64,000 bases of DNA from the human T2T-CHM13v2.0 reference genome, Homo sapiens: assembly GCF_009914755.1 (NCBI RefSeq), contig NC_060930.1; one strand, 5' to 3'. Position numbers and translations under genes: made by a program. Positions 1 through 12,228 of this stretch are shown piece by piece. A model generated the notes under the pieces. The model saw nothing but the letters and a program-made list of their open reading frames with translations. It was not told where the DNA came from and ran no database searches. Numbering within the stretch: position 1 is the stretch's first letter; every line of letters begins with the position of its first letter.

Positions 1-123
1 CCTCAGAAACAACTTTGTGATGTGTGCGTTGAACTCACCGTCTTTAACCTTTCTTTTGGTAGAGAAGTTTTGAAACACTCTCTTTGTAAAGTCTACAAGT
101 GGATATTTTGAGCCCTTGGAGGC

Positions 124-140
124 ATTCTTTGGAAAAGGGA
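124..140 (+). other. Degenerate CENP-B box, M1
   Basis: ATTCTTTGGAAAAGGGA; both core CpGs lost. Confidence 0.85.
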
Positions 141-294
141 ATGTCTTCACATAAAAGGCAGACGGAAGTGTTCTCAGAAACTGCTTTGTGATGTCTGTGT
201 TCAACTCACAGAGTTTAACATTTCCTTTGATAGAGCGGTTTAGTAACCCTCTCTTTGTAGAATTTGGAAGTGTATACTAAGAGCGCTTTGAGGC

Positions 295-311
295 CTATGG
301 TAGAAAAGGAA
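295..311 (+). other. pJalpha/A-box-like motif at the box position of A-type monomers (example M2)
   Basis: CTATGGTAGAAAAGGAA occupies the position homologous to the CENP-B box; variants occur in the other A monomers. Confidence 0.75.
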
Positions 312-465
312 ATATCTTTCCATAAAAGCTAGACAGAAGCAATCTCAGAAACTCCTTTGCGATGTCTGCATTCAACTCACCGAGTGGAACATTCCTCTTG
401 AGAGAGCAGTTTGGAAACACTCTTTCTGTAGAATCAGCTTGTTTGTATTTGGACCTCCTTGAGGC

Positions 466-482
466 CTTCGTTGGAAACGGGT
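466..482 (+). other. CENP-B box, M3 (repeats in each unit)
   Basis: CTTCGTTGGAAACGGGT; all 9 core bases of nTTCGnnnnAnnCGGGn present. Confidence 0.93.
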
Positions 483-805
483 TTTCATCTTATAAACCCA
501 GACAGAAGAATTCTCAGAGTCTTCTTTGTGATGTGTGCTTTCAACTCACCGAGATAAAGATTTCTCTTGATAGAGCAATTTGGAAACACTCTTTTTGTAG
601 AATTTGCAAGGGTACATTGAGAGCGCTTTCAGGCCTATGGTAGAAAAGGGAATATCTTTCCATAAAAGGTAGACAGAAGCAATCTCAGAAACTACTTTGT
701 GATGTGTGCATTCAACTCACCGAGTGCAACGTTCCTCTTGACCGAGCAGTTTGGAAACATTGTTTCTGTAGAATCTGCAAGTGGATATTTGGACCTCTTT
801 GAGGC

Positions 806-822
806 CTTCGTTGGAAACGGGA
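806..822 (+). other. CENP-B box, M5 (repeats in each unit)
   Basis: CTTCGTTGGAAACGGGA, canonical. Confidence 0.95.
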
Positions 823-1145
823 TTTCTTCCTATAAACCCAGACAGAAGAATTCTCAGAGACTTCTTTGTGATGTGTGAATTCAACTCACAGTGTGGATCC
901 TTCCTTTTGATAGAGCAGTTTTGAAACCCTGTTTTTGTAGTATTTCCAAGCGGATATTTGGAACGCCTTGAAGCGTATGGTAGAAAAGGAAATATCTTCC
1001 CATAAAACCTAGACAGAACCAATCTCAGAAACGACTTTGTGATGTCTGCATTCAAGTCACAGAGTTGAACATTTCTCTTGATAGAGCAGTTTTGAAACCC
1101 TCTTTCTGAAGGATCTGCAAGTGGATATTTGGAACTCCTTTGGGT

Positions 1146-1162
1146 CTTCGTTGGAAACGGGA
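1146..1162 (+). other. CENP-B box, M7 (repeats in each unit)
   Basis: CTTCGTTGGAAACGGGA, canonical. Confidence 0.95.
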
Positions 1163-1482
1163 TTTCTTCGTATAAATCTAGACAGAAGAATTCTCCGAAA
1201 CTTCTTTGGTTGTGTGCATTCAAGTCACAGAGTGGAACCTTCCTTTGGATAGAGCAGTTTGAAACGCCGTGGTTGTAGTATTTCCAAGCGGATATTAGAG
1301 CGCCTTGAGGCCTATGGTAGAAAAGGAAATATCTTCCCATAAAACCTAGACGGAAGCAATCTCAGAAACTACTGTGTGATGGCTGCATTCCACACACACG
1401 GTGGAACATTTCTCTTGATAGAGCAGTTTTGAAACACTCTTTCTGTAGAATCTGCAAGTGGATAATTGGACCGCCTTGAGGC

Positions 1483-1499
1483 CTTCGTTGGAAACGGGA
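1483..1499 (+). other. CENP-B box, M9 (absent from both 15-mer types)
   Basis: CTTCGTTGGAAACGGGA, canonical. Confidence 0.95.
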
Positions 1500-1651
1500 T
1501 TTCTTCATGTTACTCTAGATAGAAGAATTCTCAAACACTGCTATGTGATGTTTGCATTCAAGTCACAGAGTGCAACATTCCTCTTGGTAGAGCAGTTGGG
1601 AAACACTCCTTTTGTAGAATCTGCAATGGGATATTTGGACTTCTTTGAGGC

Positions 1652-1668
1652 CTTCGTTGGAAACGGGA
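1652..1668 (+). other. CENP-B box, M10 (absent from both 15-mer types)
   Basis: CTTCGTTGGAAACGGGA, only 169 bp after the M9 box. Confidence 0.95.
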
Positions 1669-1991
1669 TTTCTTCGTATGAATCTAGACAGAAGAATTCT
1701 CAGAAACTTCCTTGTGATGTGTGCATTCAACTCAGCGAGTGGCACCTTCCTTTGGATACAGCAGTTTTGAAACACTGTTTTTGTAGTATTTCCAAGCGGA
1801 TATTTAGAGCGCCTTGAAGCCTATGCTAGAAATGGAAATATCTCCCCATAAAACCAAGACAGAAGCAATCTCAGAAACTAATGTGTGATGGCTGCATTCC
1901 ACACACACGGTGGACCATTTCTCTTGATAGAGCAGTTTTGAAACACTCTTTCTGTAGAATCTGCAAGTGGATAATTGGACCTCCTAGAGGC

Positions 1992-2008
1992 CTTCGTTGG
2001 AAACGGGA
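1992..2008 (+). other. CENP-B box, M12 (repeats in each unit)
   Basis: CTTCGTTGGAAACGGGA, canonical. Confidence 0.95.
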
Positions 2009-2330
2009 TTTCTTCATCTAAACCTACAGAGAAGAATTCTCAGTAACTTCTTCGGATGTGTGCATTCGACGCACAGAATGGAACATTCCCTTTGATAGAG
2101 CAGTTTTGAGACACCGTTTTTGTAGAATTCCCAAGTGGATATTTAGAGCACTTTGAAGTCTCTGCTAGAAAAGGAAACATCTTCATGTAAAAAGTAGATA
2201 GAATCGTTCTCAGAAAGTGCTTAGTGACGTGTGCGTTCAACTCACAGAGTTTAACGTTTCTTTTGATAGAGCGTTTCTGAAACACCCTTCTTGTAGTAGC
2301 TGCAAGTGGATATTTGGACCTATTGGAGGC

Positions 2331-2347
2331 CTTCTTTGGAAATGGGA
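2331..2347 (+). other. Degenerate CENP-B box, M14
   Basis: CTTCTTTGGAAATGGGA; both core CpGs lost in 18-mers. Confidence 0.88.
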
Positions 2348-2840
2348 TTTCTTCATGTAACTCTAGATTGAAGAGTTCTCAGAAACTCCTTTGTGATGTG
2401 TGCATTCAATTCAAAGAGTGAAACCTCCCTTTTCACAGAGCAGTTTTGAAACACTGTTTTTGTAGGATTTCCAAGGGGATATTTATAGCGCATTGAGCCT
2501 ACGGCGGAAAAAGAAACATCTTCCTATAAAAACTAGACAGAATACTTCTCAGAATCTGCTTTGCGATGTGTGCGTTCAACTCACAGAGTAAAACTTTTCT
2601 TTTGATAGAGCAGTTTTGAAACACTCTTTTTGTAGTATTTGCATGTGTATATTTAGAGCGCATTGAAGCCCACAGTAGAAAAGGAAATAACTTCACCTAA
2701 AACCTAGACAGAAGCAATCTCAGAAACTACTTTGTGATGTGTACATTCAACTCACAGAGTGGAACTTTCCTCTTTATAGAGCAGTGTTGAAACACTCTTT
2801 TTGTAGAAACTGCAAGTGGATATTTGGACCTCTTTGAGGC

Positions 2841-2857
2841 CTTCGTTGGAAACGGGA
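2841..2857 (+). other. CENP-B box, M17 (repeats in each unit)
   Basis: CTTCGTTGGAAACGGGA, canonical. Confidence 0.95.
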
Positions 2858-5800
2858 TTTCTTCCTATAACCCTAGACAGAAGAATTTTCAGAAACCTCA
2901 TTGTGATGTGTGCGTTCATCTCACAGAGTGGAGTCTTCCGTTTGATAGAGAAGTTTTGAAACCCTGTTCTTGTAGGATTTCCAAGTGGATATTTAGACCA
3001 CTTTGAAGCCTATGATAGAAAAGGAAACATCTTCATGGAAAACATAGATAGAATCATCCTCAGAAACAACTTTGTGATGTGTGCGTTGAACTCACCGTCT
3101 TTAACCTTTCTTTTGGTAGAGAAGTTTTGAAACACTCTCTTTGTAAAGTCTACAAGTGGATATTTTGAGCCCTTGGAGGCATTCTTTGGAAAAGGGAATG
3201 TCTTCACATAAAAGGCAGACGGAAGTGTTCTCAGAAACTGCTTTGTGATGTCTGTGTTCAACTCACAGAGTTTAACATTTCCTTTGATAGAGCGGTTTAG
3301 TAACCCTCTCTTTGTAGAATTTGGAAGTGTATACTAAGAGCGCTTTGAGGCCTATGGTAGAAAAGGAAATATCTTTCCATAAAAGCTAGACAGAAGCAAT
3401 CTCAGAAACTCCTTTGCGATGTCTGCATTCAACTCACCGAGTGGAACATTCCTCTTGAGAGAGCAGTTTGGAAACACTCTTTCTGTAGAATCAGCTTGTT
3501 TGTATTTGGACCTCCTTGAGGCCTTCGTTGGAAACGGGTTTTCATCTTATAAACCCAGACAGAAGAATTCTCAGAGTCTTCTTTGTGATGTGTGCTTTCA
3601 ACTCACCGAGATAAAGATTTCTCTTGATAGAGCAATTTGGAAACACTCTTTTTGTAGAATTTGCAAGGGTACATTGAGAGCGCTTTCAGGCCTATGGTAG
3701 AAAAGGGAATATCTTTCCATAAAAGGTAGACAGAAGCAATCTCAGAAACTACTTTGTGATGTGTGCATTCAACTCACCGAGTGCAACGTTCCTCTTGACC
3801 GAGCAGTTTGGAAACATTGTTTCTGTAGAATCTGCAAGTGGATATTTGGACCTCTTTGAGGCCTTCGTTGGAAACGGGATTTCTTCCTATAAACCCAGAC
3901 AGAAGAATTCTCAGAGACTTCTTTGTGATGTGTGAATTCAACTCACAGTGTGGATCCTTCCTTTTGATAGAGCAGTTTTGAAACCCTGTTTTTGTAGTAT
4001 TTCCAAGCGGATATTTGGAACGCCTTGAAGCGTATGGTAGAAAAGGAAATATCTTCCCATAAAACCTAGACAGAACCAATCTCAGAAACGACTTTGTGAT
4101 GTCTGCATTCAAGTCACAGAGTTGAACATTTCTCTTGATAGAGCAGTTTTGAAACCCTCTTTCTGAAGGATCTGCAAGTGGATATTTGGAACTCCTTTGG
4201 GTCTTCGTTGGAAACGGGATTTCTTCGTATAAATCTAGACAGAAGAATTCTCCGAAACTTCTTTGGTTGTGTGCATTCAAGTCACAGAGTGGAACCTTCC
4301 TTTGGATAGAGCAGTTTGAAACGCCGTGGTTGTAGTATTTCCAAGCGGATATTAGAGTGCCTTGAGGCCTATGGTAGAAAAGGAAATATCTTCCCATAAA
4401 ACCTAGACGGAAGCAATCTCAGAAACTACTGTGTGATGGCTGCATTCCACACACACGGTGGAACATTTCTCTTGATAGAGCAGTTTTGAAACACTCTTTC
4501 TGTAGAATCTGCAAGTGGATAATTGGACCGCCTTGAGGCCTTCGTTGGAAACGGGATTTCTTCATGTTACTCTAGATAGAAGAATTCTCAAACACTGCTA
4601 TGTGATGTTTGCATTCAAGTCACAGAGTGCAACATTCCTCTTGGTAGAGCAGTTGGGAAACACTCCTTTTGTAGAATCTGCAATGGGATATTTGGACTTC
4701 TTTGAGGCCTTCGTTGGAAACGGGATTTCTTCGTATGAATCTAGACAGAAGAATTCTCAGAAACTTCCTTGTGATGTGTGCATTCAACTCAGCGAGTGGC
4801 ACCTTCCTTTGGATACAGCAGTTTTGAAACACTGTTTTTGTAGTATTTCCAAGCGGATATTTAGAGCGCCTTGAAGCCTATGCTAGAAATGGAAATATCT
4901 CCCCATAAAACCAAGACGGAAGCAATCTCAGAAACTAATGTGTGATGGCTGCATTCCACACACACGGTGGACCATTTCTCTTGATAGAGCAGTTTTGAAA
5001 CACTCTTTCTGTAGAATCTGCAAGTGGATAATTGGACCTCCTAGAGGCCTTCGTTGGAAACGGGATTTCTTCATCTAAACCTACAGAGAAGAATTCTCAG
5101 TAACTTCTTCGGATGTGTGCATTCGACGCACAGAATGGAACATTCCCTTTGATAGAGCAGTTTTGAGACACCGTTTTTGTAGAATTCCCAAGTGGATATT
5201 TAGAGCACTTTGAAGTCTCTGCTAGAAAAGGAAACATCTTCATGTAAAAAGTAGATAGAATCGTTCTCAGAAAGTGCTTAGTGACGTGTGCGTTCAACTC
5301 ACAGAGTTTAACGTTTCTTTTGATAGAGCGTTTCTGAAACACCCTTCTTGTAGTAGCTGCAAGTGGATATTTGGACCTATTGGAGGCCTTCTTTGGAAAT
5401 GGGATTTCTTCATGTAACTCTAGATTGAAGAGTTCTCAGAAACTCCTTTGTGATGTGTGCATTCAATTCAAAGAGTGAAACCTCCCTTTTCACAGAGCAG
5501 TTTTGAAACACTGTTTTTGTAGGATTTCCAAGGGGATATTTATAGCGCATTGAGCCTACGGCGGAAAAAGAAACATCTTCCTATAAAAACTAGACAGAAT
5601 ACTTCTCAGAATCTGCTTTGCGATGTGTGCGTTCAACTCACAGAGTAAAACTTTTCTTTTGATAGAGCAGTTTTGAAACACTCTTTTTGTAGTATTTGCA
5701 TGTGTATATTTAGAGCGCATTGAAGCCCACAGTAGAAAAGGAAATAACTTCACCTAAAACCTAGACAGAAGCAATCTCAGAAACTACTTTGTGATGTGTA

Positions 5801-8800
5801 CATTCAACTCACAGAGTGGAACTTTCCTCTTTATAGAGCAGTGTTGAAACACTCTTTTTGTAGAAACTGCAAGTGGATATTTGGACCTCTTTGAGGCCTT
5901 CGTTGGAAACGGGATTTCTTCCTATAACCCTAGACAGAAGAATTTTCAGAAACCTCATTGTGATGTGTGCGTTCATCTCACAGAGTGGAGTCTTCCGTTT
6001 GATAGAGAAGTTTTGAAACCCTGTTCTTGTAGGATTTCCAAGTGGATATTTAGACCACTTTGAAGCCTATGATAGAAAAGGAAACATCTTCATGGAAAAC
6101 ATAGATAGAATCATCCTCAGAAACAACTTTGTGATGTGTGCGTTGAACTCACCGTCTTTAACCTTTCTTTTGGTAGAGAAGTTTTGAAACACTCTCTTTG
6201 TAAAGTCTACAAGTGGATATTTTGAGCCCTTGGAGGCATTCTTTGGAAAAGGGAATGTCTTCACATAAAAGGCAGACGGAAGTGTTCTCAGAAACTGCTT
6301 TGTGATGTCTGTGTTCAACTCACAGAGTTTAACATTTCCTTTGATAGAGCGGTTTAGTAACCCTCTCTTTGTAGAATTTGGAAGTGTATACTAAGAGCGC
6401 TTTGAGGCCTATGGTAGAAAAGGAAATATCTTTCCATAAAAGCTAGACAGAAGCAATCTCAGAAACTCCTTTGCGATGTCTGCATTCAACTCACCGAGTG
6501 GAACATTCCTCTTGAGAGAGCAGTTTGGAAACACTCTTTCTGTAGAATCAGCTTGTTTGTATTTGGACCTCCTTGAGGCCTTCGTTGGAAACGGGTTTTC
6601 ATCTTATAAACCCAGACAGAAGAATTCTCAGAGTCTTCTTTGTGATGTGTGCTTTCAACTCACCGAGATAAAGATTTCTCTTGATAGAGCAATTTGGAAA
6701 CACTCTTTTTGTAGAATTTGCAAGGGTACATTGAGAGCGCTTTCAGGCCTATGGTAGAAAAGGGAATATCTTTCCATAAAAGGTAGACAGAAGCAATCTC
6801 AGAAACTACTTTGTGATGTGTGCATTCAACTCACCGAGTGCAACGTTCCTCTTGACCGAGCAGTTTGGAAACATTGTTTCTGTAGAATCTGCAAGTGGAT
6901 ATTTGGACCTCTTTGAGGCCTTCGTTGGAAACGGGATTTCTTCCTATAAACCCAGACAGAAGAATTCTCAGAGACTTCTTTGTGATGTGTGAATTCAACT
7001 CACAGTGTGGATCCTTCCTTTTGATAGAGCAGTTTTGAAACCCTGTTTTTGTAGTATTTCCAAGCGGATATTCGGAACGCCTTGAAGCGTATGGTAGAAA
7101 AGGAAATATCTTCCCATAAAACCTAGACAGAACCAATCTCAGAAACGACTTTGTGATGTCTGCATTCAAGTCACAGAGTTGAACATTTCTCTTGATAGAG
7201 CAGTTTTGAAACCCTCTTTCTGAAGGATCTGCAAGTGGATATTTGGAACTCCTTTGGGTCTTCGTTGGAAACGGGATTTCTTCGTATAAATCTAGACAGA
7301 AGAATTCTCCGAAACTTCTTTGGTTGTGTGCATTCAAGTCACAGAGTGGAACCTTCCTTTGGATAGAGCAGTTTGAAACGCCGTGGTTGTAGTATTTCCA
7401 AGCGGATATTAGAGCGCCTTGAGGCCTATGGTAGAAAAGGAAATATCTTCCCATAAAACCTAGACGGAAGCAATCTCAGAAACTACTGTGTGATGGCTGC
7501 ATTCCACACACACGGTGGAACATTTCTCTTGATAGAGCAGTTTTGAAACACTCTTTCTGTAGAATCTGCAAGTGGATAATTGGACCGCCTTGAGGCCTTC
7601 GTTGGAAACGGGATTTCTTCATGTTACTCTAGATAGAAGAATTCTCAAACACTGCTATGTGATGTTTGCATTCAAGTCACAGAGTGCAACATTCCTCTTG
7701 GTAGAGCAGTTGGGAAACACTCCTTTTGTAGAATCTGCAATGGGATATTTGGACTTCTTTGAGGCCTTCGTTGGAAACGGGATTTCTTCGTATGAATCTA
7801 GACAGAAGAATTCTCAGAAACTTCCTTGTGATGTGTGCATTCAACTCAGCGAGTGGCACCTTCCTTTGGATACAGCAGTTTTGAAACACTGTTTTTGTAG
7901 TATTTCCAAGCGGATATTTAGAGCGCCTTGAAGCCTATGCTAGAAATGGAAATATCTCCCCATAAAACCAAGACAGAAGCAATCTCAGAAACTAATGTGT
8001 GATGGCTGCATTCCACACACACGGTGGACCATTTCTCTTGATAGAGCAGTTTTGAAACACTCTTTCTGTAGAATCTGCAAGTGGATAATTGGACCTCCTA
8101 GAGGCCTTCGTTGGAAACGGGATTTCTTCATCTAAACCTACAGAGAAGAATTCTCAGTAACTTCTTCGGATGTGTGCATTCGACGCACAGAATGGAACAT
8201 TCCCTTTGATAGAGCAGTTTTGAGACACCGTTTTTGTAGAATTCCCAAGTGGATATTTAGAGCACTTTGAAGTCTCTGCTAGAAAAGGAAACATCTTCAT
8301 GTAAAAAGTAGATAGAATCGTTCTCAGAAAGTGCTTAGTGACGTGTGCGTTCAACTCACAGAGTTTAACGTTTCTTTTGATAGAGCGTTTCTGAAACACC
8401 CTTCTTGTAGTAGCTGCAAGTGGATATTTGGACCTATTGGAGGCCTTCTTTGGAAATGGGATTTCTTCATGTAACTCTAGATTGAAGAGTTCTCAGAAAC
8501 TCCTTTGTGATGTGTGCATTCAATTCAAAGAGTGAAACCTCCCTTTTCACAGAGCAGTTTTGAAACACTGTTTTTGTAGGATTTCCAAGGGGATATTTAT
8601 AGCGCATTGAGCCTACGGCGGAAAAAGAAACATCTTCCTATAAAAACTAGACAGAATACTTCTCAGAATCTGCTTTGCGATGTGTGCGTTCAACTCACAG
8701 AGTAAAACTTTTCTTTTGATAGAGCAGTTTTGAAACACTCTTTTTGTAGTATTTGCATGTGTATATTTAGAGCGCATTGAAGCCCACAGTAGAAAAGGAA

Positions 8801-11800
8801 ATAACTTCACCTAAAACCTAGACAGAAGCAATCTCAGAAACTACTTTGTGATGTGTACATTCAACTCACAGAGTGGAACTTTCCTCTTTATAGAGCAGTG
8901 TTGAAACACTCTTTTTGTAGAAACTGCAAGTGGATATTTGGACCTCTTTGAGGCCTTCGTTGGAAACGGGATTTCTTCCTATAACCCTAGACAGAAGAAT
9001 TTTCAGAAACCTCATTGTGATGTGTGCGTTCATCTCACAGAGTGGAGTCTTCCGTTTGATAGAGAAGTTTTGAAACCCTGTTCTTGTAGGATTTCCAAGT
9101 GGATATTTAGACCACTTTGAAGCCTATGATAGAAAAGGAAACATCTTCATGGAAAACATAGATAGAATCATCCTCAGAAACAACTTTGTGATGTGTGCGT
9201 TGAACTCACCGTCTTTAACCTTTCTTTTGGTAGAGAAGTTTTGAAACACTCTCTTTGTAAAGTCTACAAGTGGATATTTTGAGCCCTTGGAGGCATTCTT
9301 TGGAAAAGGGAATGTCTTCACATAAAAGGCAGACGGAAGTGTTCTCAGAAACTGCTTTGTGATGTCTGTGTTCAACTCACAGAGTTTAACATTTCCTTTG
9401 ATAGAGCGGTTTAGTAACCCTCTCTTTGTAGAATTTGGAAGTGTATACTAAGAGCGCTTTGAGGCCTATGGTAGAAAAGGAAATATCTTTCCATAAAAGC
9501 TAGACAGAAGCAATCTCAGAAACTCCTTTGCGATGTCTGCATTCAACTCACCGAGTGGAACATTCCTCTTGAGAGAGCAGTTTGGAAACACTCTTTCTGT
9601 AGAATCAGCTTGTTTGTATTTGGACCTCCTTGAGGCCTTCGTTGGAAACGGGTTTTCATCTTATAAACCCAGACAGAAGAATTCTCAGAGTCTTCTTTGT
9701 GATGTGTGCTTTCAACTCACCGAGATAAAGATTTCTCTTGATAGAGCAATTTGGAAACACTCTTTTTGTAGAATTTGCAAGGGTACATTGAGAGCGCTTT
9801 CAGGCCTATGGTAGAAAAGGGAATATCTTTCCATAAAAGGTAGACAGAAGCAATCTCAGAAACTACTTTGTGATGTGTGCATTCAACTCACCGAGTGCAA
9901 CGTTCCTCTTGACCGAGCAGTTTGGAAACATTGTTTCTGTAGAATCTGCAAGTGGATATTTGGACCTCTTTGAGGCCTTCGTTGGAAACGGGATTTCTTC
10001 CTATAAACCCAGACAGAAGAATTCTCAGAGACTTCTTTGTGATGTGTGAATTCAACTCACAGTGTGGATCCTTCCTTTTGATAGAGCAGTTTTGAAACCC
10101 TGTTTTTGTAGTATTTCCAAGCGGATATTCGGAACGCCTTGAAGCGTATGGTAGAAAAGGAAATATCTTCCCATAAAACCTAGACAGAACCAATCTCAGA
10201 AACGACTTTGTGATGTCTGCATTCAAGTCACAGAGTTGAACATTTCTCTTGATAGAGCAGTTTTGAAACCCTCTTTCTGAAGGATCTGCAAGTGGATATT
10301 TGGAACTCCTTTGGGTCTTCGTTGGAAACGGGATTTCTTCGTATAAATCTAGACAGAAGAATTCTCCGAAACTTCTTTGGTTGTGTGCATTCAAGTCACA
10401 GAGTGGAACCTTCCTTTGGATAGAGCAGTTTGAAACGCCGTGGTTGTAGTATTTCCAAGCGGATATTAGAGCGCCTTGAGGCCTATGGTAGAAAAGGAAA
10501 TATCTTCCCATAAAACCTAGACGGAAGCAATCTCAGAAACTACTGTGTGATGGCTGCATTCCACACACACGGTGGAACATTTCTCTTGATAGAGCAGTTT
10601 TGAAACACTCTTTCTGTAGAATCTGCAAGTGGATAATTGGACCGCCTTGAGGCCTTCGTTGGAAACGGGATTTCTTCATGTTACTCTAGATAGAAGAATT
10701 CTCAAACACTGCTATGTGATGTTTGCATTCAAGTCACAGAGTGCAACATTCCTCTTGGTAGAGCAGTTGGGAAACACTCCTTTTGTAGAATCTGCAATGG
10801 GATATTTGGACTTCTTTGAGGCCTTCGTTGGAAACGGGATTTCTTCGTATGAATCTAGACAGAAGAATTCTCAGAAACTTCCTTGTGATGTGTGCATTCA
10901 ACTCAGCGAGTGGCACCTTCCTTTGGATACAGCAGTTTTGAAACACTGTTTTTGTAGTATTTCCAAGCGGATATTTAGAGCGCCTTGAAGCCTATGCTAG
11001 AAATGGAAATATCTCCCCATAAAACCAAGACAGAAGCAATCTCAGAAACTAATGTGTGATGGCTGCATTCCACACACACGGTGGACCATTTCTCTTGATA
11101 GAGCAGTTTTGAAACACTCTTTCTGTAGAATCTGCAAGTGGATAATTGGACCTCCTAGAGGCCTTCGTTGGAAACGGGATTTCTTCATCTAAACCTACAG
11201 AGAAGAATTCTCAGTAACTTCTTCGGATGTGTGCATTCGACGCACAGAATGGAACATTCCCTTTGATAGAGCAGTTTTGAGACACCGTTTTTGTAGAATT
11301 CCCAAGTGGATATTTAGAGCACTTTGAAGTCTCTGCTAGAAAAGGAAACATCTTCATGTAAAAAGTAGATAGAATCGTTCTCAGAAAGTGCTTAGTGACG
11401 TGTGCGTTCAACTCACAGAGTTTAACGTTTCTTTTGATAGAGCGTTTCTGAAACACCCTTCTTGTAGTAGCTGCAAGTGGATATTTGGACCTATTGGAGG
11501 CCTTCTTTGGAAATGGGATTTCTTCATGTAACTCTAGATTGAAGAGTTCTCAGAAACTCCTTTGTGATGTGTGCATTCAATTCAAAGAGTGAAACCTCCC
11601 TTTTCACAGAGCAGTTTTGAAACACTGTTTTTGTAGGATTTCCAAGGGGATATTTATAGCGCATTGAGCCTACGGCGGAAAAAGAAACATCTTCCTATAA
11701 AAACTAGACAGAATACTTCTCAGAATCTGCTTTGCGATGTGTGCGTTCAACTCACAGAGTAAAACTTTTCTTTTGATAGAGCAGTTTTGAAACACTCTTT

Positions 11801-12228
11801 TTGTAGTATTTGCATGTGTATATTTAGAGCGCATTGAAGCCCACAGTAGAAAAGGAAATAACTTCACCTAAAACCTAGACAGAAGCAATCTCAGAAACTA
11901 CTTTGTGATGTGTACATTCAACTCACAGAGTGGAACTTTCCTCTTTATAGAGCAGTGTTGAAACACTCTTTTTGTAGAAACTGCAAGTGGATATTTGGAC
12001 CTCTTTGAGGCCTTCGTTGGAAACGGGATTTCTTCCTATAACCCTAGACAGAAGAATTTTCAGAAACCTCATTGTGATGTGTGCGTTCATCTCACAGAGT
12101 GGAGTCTTCCGTTTGATAGAGAAGTTTTGAAACCCTGTTCTTGTAGGATTTCCAAGTGGATATTTAGACCACTTTGAAGCCTATGATAGAAAAGGAAACA
12201 TCTTCATGGAAAACATAGATAGAATCAT

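Larger units (their letters stand above)
1..3057 (+). repeat. Reference 18-mer HOR unit 1; monomer order B-A-B-A-B-A-B-A-B-B-A-B-A-B-A-A-B-A (B = CENP-B-box type, A = pJalpha/A-box type)
   Basis: Sequence at 3058 restarts CCTCAGAAACAACTTTGTG as at 1. Approximate monomer starts: 1, 172, 343, 512, 683, 852, 1023, 1192, 1360, 1529, 1698, 1869, 2038, 2208, 2377, 2547, 2718, 2887. Type assigned from the box-position sequence of each monomer. Confidence 0.9.
1..12228 (+). repeat. Four canonical 18-mer HOR copies (units 1-4)
   Basis: Exact 3,057-bp spacing of all ORF-track landmarks; only isolated SNVs. Confidence 0.95.

Noticed and set aside
462-513. Short palindromes (AGGCCT, GAATTC, TCTAGA, AGCGCT) suggesting cruciforms or terminators
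   Set aside because: Only 6-10 bp dyads typical of alphoid DNA; no long stem is visible and stability cannot be assessed without folding calculations.
1391-1399. CACACACAC microsatellite-like run in M9 and M12
   Set aside because: Too short and invariant between units; it is a point-mutated form of CAACTCACA, useful only as a duplication marker.
466-2857. Identical 17-25 bp motif recurring at regular spacing, superficially CRISPR-like
   Set aside because: These are CENP-B boxes; the intervening sequences are homologous monomers rather than unique spacers, and there are no cas genes.
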